Assembly: GCA_013265495.1 (NCBI GenBank)
Contig: MU057416.1
Coordinates: 1,544,545 to 1,608,544 of the forward strand
Source: Vicugna vicugna
Lineage: Eukaryota
Direction: 5' to 3'
Length of the DNA: 64,000 nucleotides
The stretch's first letter is position 1; each line of letters begins with the position of its first letter. Below, piece after piece: positions 12,593 through 24,230 of the stretch. A program made the position numbers and the translations under genes. The notes below the pieces were generated by a model. The model was not told the origin of the DNA. It was given only the letters and a program-made list of their open reading frames with translations, and did no database searches.

Positions 12593-13902
12593 TTTTTAAA
12601 AACAGTCCATAGGGCATGCTTTTTCTGTTTTACGTATTTTAATAGACAAATTATATAGAGGATTAAAAATGGGGAATTGAGAATGAAAAATGTTGAGAAC
12701 TGTTATACTAATCCATTCTTGTACTGTTTTTCTTTTCTTTTTCCAGCAGAACATTCTCTGTAACTTACTCCTTAAAGTCCACTGGAGAAAGTATCAAAGA
12801 GGAATTTCTCTAATGAGGCCCTAGAATAAGATTACAACCCGCAGAGGAACTGGCCTATACACAGCTCTGTTATGATTACAACAATTTCCTTTTTTAAAAA
12901 AAATTAAGTGAATTATATAAAATTTAAACAATACACTGTGGTTTTTGATGGTTGTTTGGTCTTGACAGTTAGGAAGCGGCTATGTGCTTTAAGACAGAAT
13001 ATGAAATTAAAGAAAGGAAGCAAACAAAGACCAAATAGGAGCGTGAGACACTGAGTTTGAAGTTTCTTAAGTTTTTGTTGAATGGCAAAAGGTCCTCATC
13101 AGCTGATGAAATACATGGGCCAAAATAACATTTGGTCTATCAGAAGTCCAATGAATGGGCAGGTGCTGGTACATTTTAGCATGTTTCTTTCCATGCCTTC
13201 GAGTTTTCCGGGTAGATCTCACTAATGGCTCCAGCAGCCTTGTGTTTAGCTGGTGACAGACTGGAGCGTGGAGTGGCTGCGAGTCTCATGAATGGCTCTT
13301 TGTTTGCGTGGAGCTGAGCTGCAGTGACAGCTCCGTCCTGCCCAGCACTTGCCAGTTAAGCCTCCCTTTGCTGGGATTTATAACTTGGCTGGAACACTTT
13401 ATTCATCACACAACTTTGTGCCAAGGGATTGTTGTTCTTGTTGGTTTTTTTTTTTAAACATTCTGAAAACACACACACTAAGTAAAACAAACCAAGCATG
13501 TTAGGTAGAGCCTGCTTTTCTCCCTTCATGAGCTGTGTTCTCACTTTTTACTTTAAGAAGTTTTGGGAAAGGATGCAATTAGGAAAGTGGGGTTTTCAAT
13601 AAGACCTTTGATCAAAAACCAGTGAGACTGCTCTTGGCAAGCACTTTTTTAAAAACATAATGAAGTTTTAGTTCCATTTGGGATTTAGAAAGAACTAAGA
13701 TATTTACCTGGAAAAAGTGTGGTATGCTGTTTACTTTTAGAAAATTTCCTCTGTGAAAAAGTACCTGGGATTCTACTGAATCAGGGGAAAAACACCCGTA
13801 GTAAAGACCATGCAGTGTTGTTCTGAACTACAATGGTTAATAGCGACATGTATCTTTTTTAATTTAATGCAATTTTAACCTAATGTAAATCCTGTTGGGT
13901 TT

Positions 13903-14048
13903 TCTTTTGGGGAGTGTAATGAAGTTTATTTATGTAAGTGTGTATGTTTTATTTTCGTACGAATGTATTTTTAACGGAGGTGCTGGGCATTGAACCCAGG
14001 ACCTCGTGCATGCTGTGCACCCGCTCTACCTCTGAGATACACCACCCC
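13903..14048 (-). mobile_element. Camelid Vic-1-like SINE
   Basis: ggaggtgctgggcattgaacccaggacctcgtgcatgctgtgcacccgctctacctctgag, with a T-rich tail upstream. Confidence 0.82.
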
Positions 14049-15589
14049 ACACACAAGAATTAATATATTTTTTAAAAAACAGTTTTTAAATGGAACTATG
14101 GGGGACCCCTGAAGTGTCACAGAACTCAAGGACTGAACAAGGCCTCTAAGGTCACTCAGTCCATCTTGCCACCAGGCTGGACTGCCCCTTCACCATTTTA
14201 TTCAGCATTTTTGCTAGTCTCCTTGAAATGTCGAAAGCAACACAACATAGTCCTTTGAATTAGTTGTTAGTCCAGCATTTCACTGAAGCAATGCTGAGTG
14301 ACTTTTCTAAATTGAACGCTGCTTCTAGTCTTTCTTAGGAGATTGAAAACCAAGGCAGTGACGCTGTTTTAGTGTTGGAATTCTGGCCGGGTGTGGGTGT
14401 TAGGCTGGTATGCAACGTACAGGCTCCATGGCTCGAACGTTTCCTGTACTCAGTCATTATGTTTCAGGAGAGGGCGTTCTGGGTAGAGTCAGGTTGTAAG
14501 GAGGACCTGCTGTAACGCTATCATTATTCTGAGGTTTTGTTGCTTATCACGTACAATTATTCCACACAATGATACGCTCTCCTTTTGGTTGCTCAGTCGG
14601 CAGTGTCTGGTGGAAAAGTTTATCAAAGGAAAGAAGTTACCTCAGGACACAAAACGTATCATAGCTGACGGGCCCAGAGGATCTTGGTCAAGAGACCTGT
14701 TTTTAATAAAAAACGTAAGAGGGAATTAAAATGCTGTATTTGTGTGAGTGACAGGCGTTCACGAATTGGAAAACTGGTTGTGACATAAACTACAAAGCAC
14801 CCTCCGCCCTTCACAGCCGCACGCCCGGCCACGCGGGGGCTCCCGGCAAGGCCCGCTGCCACGCCGGGCGGCTCTCCCGCAGTCAGGGGACAGGCCCGCT
14901 TGCTGAAGACCCGAGGCCGAGGGCTTTCCGTACAGCGGGCAAGTCTGCGAGCAATGTCACCACTCCGAATGCAAATTCTTTAAAAAGTGGTACAAATAGG
15001 CTTGACGTCTGTGTTTTCAGCTGTCCGTCCCACCTCTGTCGGCAAATTTTCTTCTTAGCAAAAGACTGTTAGGGCTTATGGTTTCATGCTCTTGGTTCTG
15101 TTCATCAGTGGAAACTAAGTATTTAATCCAGCGACTTACCATCCCTATTTTTCTACTGCAGTTTATTTTAAACGTCCCCTAAGCGATAAATAAAATGCTT
15201 ATTTCCCAAACAGCTCCTTTGAAACGCTGCAGTGCCCACCCACACGTGGGTGGACATTTTAGGAGGATGGAGGGAGGGGTGGGGTAGGTCTCCACACACG
15301 TGAATCTGCACGGAGCAAGTGAAGGTTCTGTGGGGGTTACCACATAATCATTGAAGTTGTATTCTAACCAAAAATCTAGGATGGTTTATCCAGCACTTCC
15401 CACTGCGACGTGATCGGGAGGATTCAAGGTGGGGGGGAAGGAGGACAAGGACAGGAGGGAGGCAGGTGGAGGGAGCACAGCGTAGAGGGGGCGCTGGCTG
15501 TAGCATCACTGATGGGGGGGCGACTCGGGCCCAGGGGCCCTCCCCGGGGAGTCTTCTCTGACCCCGGCCCCATTCACCATCACATCCTC

Positions 15590-16010
15590 CGTCACTACTG
15601 CTGCGTAACAAGTGGACTCAAACTATCTCACACAGTTTCTGAGGGCCTGTCATTCGCCTCCCAGGAGGCTGCCGGCCTCTTCCGATGGCTTTGCTGGGAC
15701 TGAAGAACTGCTTCCAAGGTGGCCCGTCCACTTGACCAGCAGCCTCAGTTCTCCACCAGGTGGGCCTCTCCGTACCAGCCTGAGTGTCCCTACGTCAGGC
15801 AGCAGGACTTCCCAGGGAAAGGGGTCCCAGAGCAGCCGGCAGGAAGCTGTGGCCTGGTCTCCAGGGACCGGGTGGTGGACGCTGCCCCTGCCGCTCCTCC
15901 CGGCTCTTTAGACTCCAGTCCCTTTCCCAGCCCACATGCCAGGGAAGGGGATTCACACTCCATCTTTCCGAGGAACATTGGAGAATTTGCGGACATGTTG
16001 TAAACCACCA
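15590..16010 (-). mobile_element. MaLR LTR (MLT1F/G/H-like)
   Basis: ctgctgcgtaacaa...tatctcacacagtttctgagg...cttccaaggtggc...ctcagttctccacc...gggcctctcc...gaatttgcggacatgttgtaaaccacca. Confidence 0.65.
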
Positions 16011-16679
16011 GGTCACTTACCGCCCCTGGGCGTGCGGGGGTCCTGCTGTCTTCTTCTCTGTGCTGCGGTGGGCATCGCACCCGTCATCTTCCTCCAGTCC
16101 TCATCCAATTCACAGTGACGATCACTAGTAGAAATAACCCACCGAAATTAGAGACAACGGCCCAGATCGTATACAGTAAAAGTGGTAATAAATAAAAAGT
16201 TGCTTGGAGAATCTCATTTTTAAAACAAAACTAGGCGTATAAAAATGTGACTCAGGAAAGCTGAGCTTGTTAAAAACATAGGCCACAAAAAACTTGCAAT
16301 AGCAGGCTGCTGTTAGAATCGGACATGCCCAAAGATGTCTTGTGGAAAATACATATATAATCTTGGTTGTAAATTTACAATGGAAAAAATAATGCCAATA
16401 AAAATAACCTCAGTAAAACAGCAAAAGAAAGTGAAAAAGATGAGAGTAGTTTAATGGCCGAGTAGAGAAAATTGCTCGAAGATTTAAATTAGCTTCATGG
16501 CGCTCCCTTCACAGTCCACGTCATTGGTGTAAGGACAACTAAAATGCCTGTGTTGCCACATAGTGTAAAAATGTTCTTGAGACCAGAGTAGTGGAGTCTC
16601 ACTATCTCTGCAGACAAAACACCCGTGACCGTGCACTTGCAACTCATATGTGCATTTTTACGACCTTCTGGGTTGGGTG

Positions 16680-17500
16680 GTGGTGGGGGAACAGCTTTCT
16701 TAAGTTTAACATCTGAGGCAGAAACTGGAAAAGAAAAGATTGACAGAGTTGATTACAGAAAAACAAATACATCAAAAAACGCTATCACTAACATTAAAAG
16801 AGAAATGATAAACTCGGAAAAATGACTGTACTTGATAGACAAAGAGCTAATATATTTCATATATAGTGTCTCCCACAAATCAACATGAGGAGATGAGTAC
16901 ACGAATGGCTAAGTGGGAAACTCATCTTGTAAGACCAAAAAAGGCAAATAAAATTATGAAGAAACGTTTACCATCATCGGTCAGCTGTGAAACGACTACA
17001 GATGTGAAACCAGTGTATGCTCTTACGTGTTGCTGGGATGGAGGAAAACTGGTGCAGCTTCTCTGGAGAGCAGCATAGTGCACGCGTCAAAAGACGTAAC
17101 AAAAATGGATTGACAATTCACATTCAAGGACTTATCCGTATCTAAGACTAATCAGGCAAAGACGGCTGTTCAAGAACATTCTTTATGGCGTTATCATAAA
17201 AACAACAATATAGAAATAACAAAAATTTCCTATAACCGGGTTTGCTTAAAAACAAACAAAAATAACACATCCAAACAAAGAAATCCTACTATGTATTAAA
17301 CTGATGTTTTAGAAGAATACTTTCTCATACTATTATGTGAAAGGTGCAGGTTATAAATGAGACGTACAGTATGATCTCATTTTGGTCCAAGATAAATGAA
17401 AGGATATACACAGCGTATCTCCGGGTGGTGAAATTGTAGGTGTTTGCTTTTCCCATTTGCTTTTCTGTATTTTCTAAATTAAAGAAGCAAATACAGATTG
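16680..17500 (+). mobile_element. Old L1ME-like remnant
   Basis: A-rich ORF2-like text (gaaaagattgacagagttgattaca, aaactggtgcagcttctctggagagca) and 3' end tttttctgtattttctaaatt. Confidence 0.6.
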
Positions 17501-19849
17501 CTTTCACCGTGAGGAAAAAAACTGTGTTTTAAGGGTAAAAATATATACTCAATTGCAATTAGGAGAATAGGTTCTAATTTGTTTTTAGTACTAATGTAGG
17601 GATCTTTAGGTCGTTTGTACTGTTTTCCCTCCTCCTAGTGAAAACAACATACTTTAAAAAGTGCTGATGAAGATTTAAGAACACACCGTAGCTCCATCTT
17701 TTTCCGACCCCACCTGCACATCCCTGCGGCACCTCTCACCCTTACTCTAAAAAGTTAACCAAATGGCTAAGTGGCCCATGGATGGTAAAGGATGAAATTC
17801 ACTTCAAATGAAGTAGAAAGTTAAATGATGCCGTGGTGTTGACGTGCTTGAGTGACGCCCCGGGAACACTGATGTGGATGTGCCAGCCCAGCGGGGAGAG
17901 GACGGCTTACCATGCGCACACGTCCAGGTGCTTCCTAGCATTTCTAACTTTATTTACCTACAAATCGCAATCTGGTTTTCTTTACAAATCGTTGTTACTA
18001 TTCTGAATGGTGTCCACTAATGTAATGTAACAAAAAAATTTGAAGATACAGTAAGAAATAAGTTTAAGTAGATTTGAAAAGAATTAAAGCAGCCATGTGT
18101 TTCTTCTGTCTTCAGGGACGTTGCTTGCGTCTGGGAATTGTGGAGGTTGAACCTGGCACGTTTTTAGCCCACTGTGCCATTTGCTGCTTTTTTTCCTTTT
18201 CAACTCCTTTCATTTGGAAGAACCTAAATGCAAAGTGTTTCTTACACAGCAAAAATAATGCTCTGAGTTATCTAAGTCCCATGAAGAACGTCATTTTGGA
18301 GGCCACAGGCTTTTGCCTTTTCAAATTCTCAACCTCAAGCTGTAATTTTCTTCCTCTAGTTTTATCCAGAACCTTTAAATTAACAACAGAAGAAACTAAA
18401 CAGGAAGCTGCATTTCTCTGATCTAGAAAATGAGGAGGAATATGGGGAACAGATGAGAAAACTAAACCAGGGGAAGGAAGCTACCCTATTTTATTTCTGT
18501 TAATCAAAATCATATATTCGCAATCTTCCCAGGATTCCCTGACCCCAAAGATCAAACATCAGAGAGAGGGGCAGTGTATTTTTCCAGCTGTCAATAGGTC
18601 ATAATGAAAGGAACGGCCATTTCCTACATCCAGAGACAGTTCAAAATCTGTTTAGAAAGAAGGCCGTAAAAGTTTCAGCGCAGCCCCTAAGCAGTGCTTT
18701 AGAGGAAGACTGGATTTGCATTTTCAGTGACTAAAGGAGGAGAATTTAGCCCAGACGCCATGACTTGTTCAAATACCAACATATCTAGAATGACAGTAAT
18801 AACTGTTTCCATAGCAAATATGATACACAAAAATAACAGTGTTTTGCTTTGTTTTTCTGAATGTTATTTGGAGCCAGGTCGTTTAAGAAGCTAATCAGGA
18901 CTGATTCACTCCGCTCAGCTGATTAGAGCAGAGGCCTCCAGGCTGGGATGTCACCAGCGGCGCTGGTTCCCAAGCCAGCGAGTAAGTCCCTTGGGGAGGA
19001 GTGGACGTAGGGCCGCCAGCTTTTCATTTCACCAAGTGAGCACACGTAAAAGCCCAGCCGTCATCTGTAGTCACTGTTACTTCATACAAGAAAGGACATT
19101 TTAACAGAAAAAAATCAGAAAGGGAATCATATAATAAGAAAAGTCCCTCAGATGAAAAAAAAATTAGTTTATGGAAAAAATTACTACACTTTCTCAGTAC
19201 AAATTCTAGTAAAACATAACAGACTAGTACTTAGGAACCACTGGAAAACACGCAGTATAGTGTTAAGGAGATCAGCTTCCCACTGTTAATTCCCACAAAA
19301 GCTGGTTAAGTTGCACTGATCTGTCTCATGGCCCTAGAATGTGTGTTAACGTGTTAGCTATTAGTTTGCCGGTTCTTCTCTTCAACAACTACTTCCCGTG
19401 GCCTGTTATGGGTTAGGCCCTGGGGACGTTATGAAGCAGAATTGCCTCTTCTCTTACAGAAAGAGTGATTACAGTTCAAGACAAAACTACCATTAAGGCG
19501 CACAGACCAGGGGAGCCCAGGGCAGAGCAGGGAGCGCTTCATGGAAGAGGTGGCATCTGAGGCAGATGTGAAAGATGAGAGTGTTTTGATAGCTCGTGTT
19601 GGTCTGGTGGAGGGTGTTCTGGAGGGAGGTTAAAAAAACATCCAAACCAATAAGCCTTGGGAAGGATTAAATTCAAGGTCTTGGGAGTAATTTGGCTAGA
19701 TACGTACTGGGGAAATACAAACACAACGATGGGCCATTTTGCAGAAGCTCCTCAGAGTCAAGGCAAGTGTCGAGACCACACTGAGTAAGTCGGGCAGGGC
19801 CAGCAGGCAGGTGCGTGGGTGTGCAGTTTCCCGACCCGGAATTCAGGAG

Positions 19850-20030
19850 CCACGAGTCTGAGTGTCAGCTCTATTCTTCCCATGAAACCTTGAGGAATTC
19901 TCTTAAATCTCTCTGAGCCTCCATTCTCCAGCTGTAAAACGTGATTACTACCCCTATTATGTGCTGTTTTATTATTCAACTAAATAAGATGCAGTATATG
20001 AAAGGCCCAGGACACTATTGGATACATAGT
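19850..20030 (+). mobile_element. MIR SINE
   Basis: cttaaatctctctgagcctccattctccagctgtaaaacgtgattactaccc...aaataagatg. Confidence 0.7.
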
Positions 20031-21939
20031 TTGAAATCAAAGTTTGCTGGTTGCGAATATTTGTTAAATCATAAAATTCAGGTTTAGGAAGATGACTGCA
20101 TTAATCTGTGGGTCAGAAAGTGAGAAACTGCCGGGGAGTGGATGAGAGGAAGTGGAAGGGAGAGATGTTTCGATGGCTTGGGGCGGGGGGAGGGCTCAAG
20201 GATGATGATATATTTTAAGCAGAGAATGGTGTGGTTAGCACAATTTGGGAGTCAGAAGCTGAGATATTCATTAGGGAGTCACTGGTACTGGGATGAGAAG
20301 GTTGAAGTCATGAAGACATCCTCGTGATGCCAAGAGCAGGAGTGCAGGAAGGCCAGGCTCCAGGGCTGAGCTGTGCTGGCTCCTCTGCTAGGCAGGTGAG
20401 CAAAGGCGCTTGGAAGGGCAGTAGAGAGAGCAGGGGCACTCGTGAGCACCACGTGCCACAGGGGCCAAAGAAGCAGGACCACAGCAGTCGCGACAGGAGC
20501 TCGTGAAGGGCTTTTGTGAGCATGGGTTTAGTGGTGCGGCGGAAGCCGAAACCGCATTGCCAGAAAGGAGTGAAGAGGTGAGTTTAAAATTGATTCGTTT
20601 GTATTTTTAATAAGTGAATATGCATATGAATCGAAAGCTACCGAAGCACATAAAGAGAAAACTAGGTCTCTCACCTACTCCTGCATTTTCTTGTGCATCC
20701 TTTCAGGATGCTCATGAGTGTGTATGTGTTTTAAACACCACGCTGAAACCCACTACTCGGGACCCCTCTTTCTGCCTGACCATCTGATGTACTGGAGATC
20801 TCACCATACAATTGTAGTGAACAGAATAATTTATTTGATCAGTTTTCTTGACTGATGGTTATGTGCATTGTTTCCATCAAGCACTTGATAAAAAAAACAA
20901 AATCTTCATGATGGACGAGGTGACACTCTAAGACTCTAGACCTTGATGGCGTAAGGGGTGGGGCTCCTGCAGTTCCCCACCGGCGGCTGCTTCCGCCCCT
21001 CCCCTTAGAGCTCTTCCAGCTTTGGTTTGGTCCCTGCCTTCCCTGGAGGACCTCATTTCCGGCTCTGTAACCTCCCCTGGCCTTTCCACACAATCCTGTT
21101 GTAATGTTTTCTGGAAATAAAGAAGTAACTTCTGCTTAAAGATTTAAATCCTGAACCCCAGTTAGCTGACTGATCTAACTTTGAGTTATGACCTGGTAAA
21201 CTATAGAGATGTCACCCTCCCCTTGCCAACTGCTGGCATGGGAAGTGCCTTTGAGGCTGCCGAACTCCACCCCTTGGTTGTACAGCAGTGGAAAGCAGAG
21301 AGCAGAGGAGTGACTTGTGTTCTCTCAAATCACGTGGCCGAACGGTACTGGGCCTCAGGGCCCTCACTCCCAGCCCAGTGTTCCTTCTGTTCCCTCCAAC
21401 CCCCTTACCTGCCGTCAGTGATTCTGAAAATGGTGGAAGCTTTGCCCATTATTGGAGACTCAGGGACCTCAGTTTGAGTCAGAAATAAATAAAGGAAAAA
21501 TGTCTTAGGGAGTCCTGAGAAGCTGAGAGCCAGGCTCCACCATTCTGTTTAGACACTGACTCACCGTGCGACTCTGGGAAGTTTCGTGGCCTCCCTGGTT
21601 TCCACTGCTCCAGCCCTGGGCTTGGCATCAGACCACACAGGCCTTGCTGGAATGGTTGTGAAGGTTGATGAGGTAATCCTTATAAAACTCTGCTGGCCAT
21701 GCAGATGAAAGCCGCACTGTGTCTGGAATGACGGGGTGCCAGGTATCCCGCCCACACTCTCCCACCCTAAGTTGGTTTATCAGATGCTGCTATGGTTCAG
21801 CCAGCTAAACATCTTGTCATCAGTTAGTTAAGCATTCTACCCGTGCCCCCCCACCCCCACCCCGGTCGTTCTTAACCTGGTTGATTCAAAGTTCACTTAT
21901 TCTAGTTCCTTGAGTTTTAAAATAACGTAAAGTCTTCAC

Positions 21940-22070
21940 CATGTACTTAAGTCCTCTGAACCTTGGCTTCTCCATCTGTCAAATGAGGAAGACAGGGCTG
22001 TGGTGAGGGTTGAGCCAGTTAATATATGTGGAGCAGGGCTGGACACGCAGAAGTGCTCAGTAAGCATGAA
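21940..22070 (+). mobile_element. MIR SINE
   Basis: cttaagtcctctgaaccttggcttctccatctgtcaaatgagg...gggctgtggtgagggtt...gtgctcagtaa. Confidence 0.65.
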
Positions 22071-23449
22071 GTATTGGTGTAGCCGACTGCAAGTGGGCAG
22101 CGGCTTATGAATACACGCATTCAATTAAAGAAGTAACTTGTGTTTTTACTGTAATGCTCCATGGTTTAGTATTTCTTTGTTTCCAAGGAAACACACTGAA
22201 GATTTCTGTGGGTGATGTACCAAGGCTTCTAGCCTGTGGAGGTAGGATCATGAGAGTGGAGGAGGATTGGGGTGCTCAGACCCTAAGGTCTCTCAGTCTT
22301 CCCACCTCAGAATTTGCTTCCTCAGCTGTCTTGTTCAACATTGCGTCCTCAGCACCCAAGTCCTCAATCAACATTGGCTCATGAATCAATGAATATATTT
22401 ATGAATCTATCCAAAGACAGAGAAATGGAGGATGGCCACAGGAAGGAAGTCTGGCCAACACTGGGTTTTCCAGGAGAGAGGAGGTAAACTTTAAGAACAG
22501 AAAGGGGAAGGATTAGTGTAACCATTGCCTGATGGACAGATTCTAAGCCTGGGGATTAAAACATAGAGAGATGGCTGTGTAGTTGGATACAGCAGCCCAA
22601 AGAATCGTTGGGTTTTGCTTGTTTTTTTTTTTTTTTAACGAAATCAGACAGCTTAAGAAGGCAGTGGAGAGATTTCTTTTTGACAGCAGTTCTCTGCAGA
22701 GATTTCCAGTTGTTCAAAGGGATCATTCTGAAGGTATCACAAAGAGCACCCTATTAGAGTCTCTGTCGCCCTGAAAGTGAATCCTTCTTCTTTGTACTCA
22801 GGCTGTTTTTCTGTTAATAATAGCCTCCTACGATGACCCCAAGTTTCACCGCCCCCCTGAAAGTCAAAGCTGCTCTTTGTGTAGGCAGTTTTTCCCGTTC
22901 CTGCACACACTCCTCCCCAATCTGGGGTCATAGTTATACTGTCCCCACTAAAGGCAGCACCACTGAATCCAAGGACAAGTCAGAGCAACTGGCCATGCTT
23001 CCTTCTCGTCCTCATGGTGTTTATTTAGATTGAGATGGTTTTCAGTAACATTCAACAAGCATTTAGCCAGCACCCACTGTGAGCCAGGCACTGTGCTGGA
23101 TCTCACACACGCGACAGAGCTGGTTACAAGTGGTTTCTGGCCTTGGGAATCTTACAGTGTCTTGCAGATGGTTACGATGACTGGGGAAATGTTTCAGGGT
23201 CTCCCTTCAACTTTTCCGGGCTACAGGTTTCCCTTAATTGGACTTGTCACTTTAGAATTCGGTTGAAGGTGAACTCAAGTACATTAGATTTAACAGACGT
23301 CTCTAAGAGAACTTCCCACCCCTCCACCTGGTGTTCCCTCTGCACCTCACCTCTCTGACAGCACTCACCTCCTTCTTGTTGTGCTTACTTATGTGCAGGT
23401 CAGCCCCACAATCCGGGGAGGGAACAGGCCCGGGGCAAGGTGCCCGGGG

Positions 23450-23645
23450 AGTGGAGCCAGAAGACTTGTGCTTGTTTCTGAAGCCAGACTCCGGTATGAA
23501 TCAACCATGAAATCTTGGCCATGCAACTTAATGCCTGTGACCCTCGGCCCTGTACTTAGGAATGGAAGATGGTAACAATGCCTATTTCACAGGCTGGATG
23601 TGAGAATTAAGGTAGGCGATCAGATGAATGTGCTTTGTAAACTAT
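23450..23645 (+). mobile_element. MIR SINE
   Basis: ggagccagaagacttg...atggtaacaatgcctatttcacaggctggatgtgagaattaa...gtgctttgtaaact. Confidence 0.65.
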
Positions 23646-23984
23646 TACCCATATGCTAATTTTTGTTACCCCCTAAATGATCTAGCCTTGGCCATGAGAA
23701 ATATTTTATTAATATTCATTAAACTATTGAAAAGTGGCATCACCCTCCCTGTGGTGTGTTCTTCTCAGTCACATTCTCTTCCTGGCCCAGGCTGTTAGCT
23801 AGGCCTCTCTCTCAGCCCACCAGGTTCGGGGTGGGGAGGAGGGTATTTGTAGGGCTTGAACAGGATCGAAGGGGCCTGCCTGCCCATGGAGCTGTGCGTC
23901 TAGATAGTGGGGCCCAGAGCCACCCAGCCGCATGCTCCCATGCCCTGCTTCTGTCCTAAGGGCAGGCAGAGCCAGAGGGGCCCT

Positions 23985-24230
23985 CGCAGTGGAAACGTGG
24001 GCTTTGGAGTAACGCAGTCCCGGGTTCAAATTCTGGGTCAACTGATTTACTACTTGCGTGATACGGGGTAGTTTTCACATTTTTCTGAGCTTTCGTTTTT
24101 TTCATCTGTGTAATGAGGGTAACACAGGACTGGACGGTAACTAAAACTAGGGATGTATTGAACGGAGGCACCGCGAGGAGTTAGACTTAAATAAGCCAGC
24201 AAGAGTGAACTAGCGCAGTGTCCGTCCCCG
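23985..24230 (+). mobile_element. MIR SINE at the edge of the CpG island
   Basis: gcagtggaaacgtgggctttggagt...gggttcaaattctgg...ttcatctgtgtaatgagggtaac. Confidence 0.6.
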
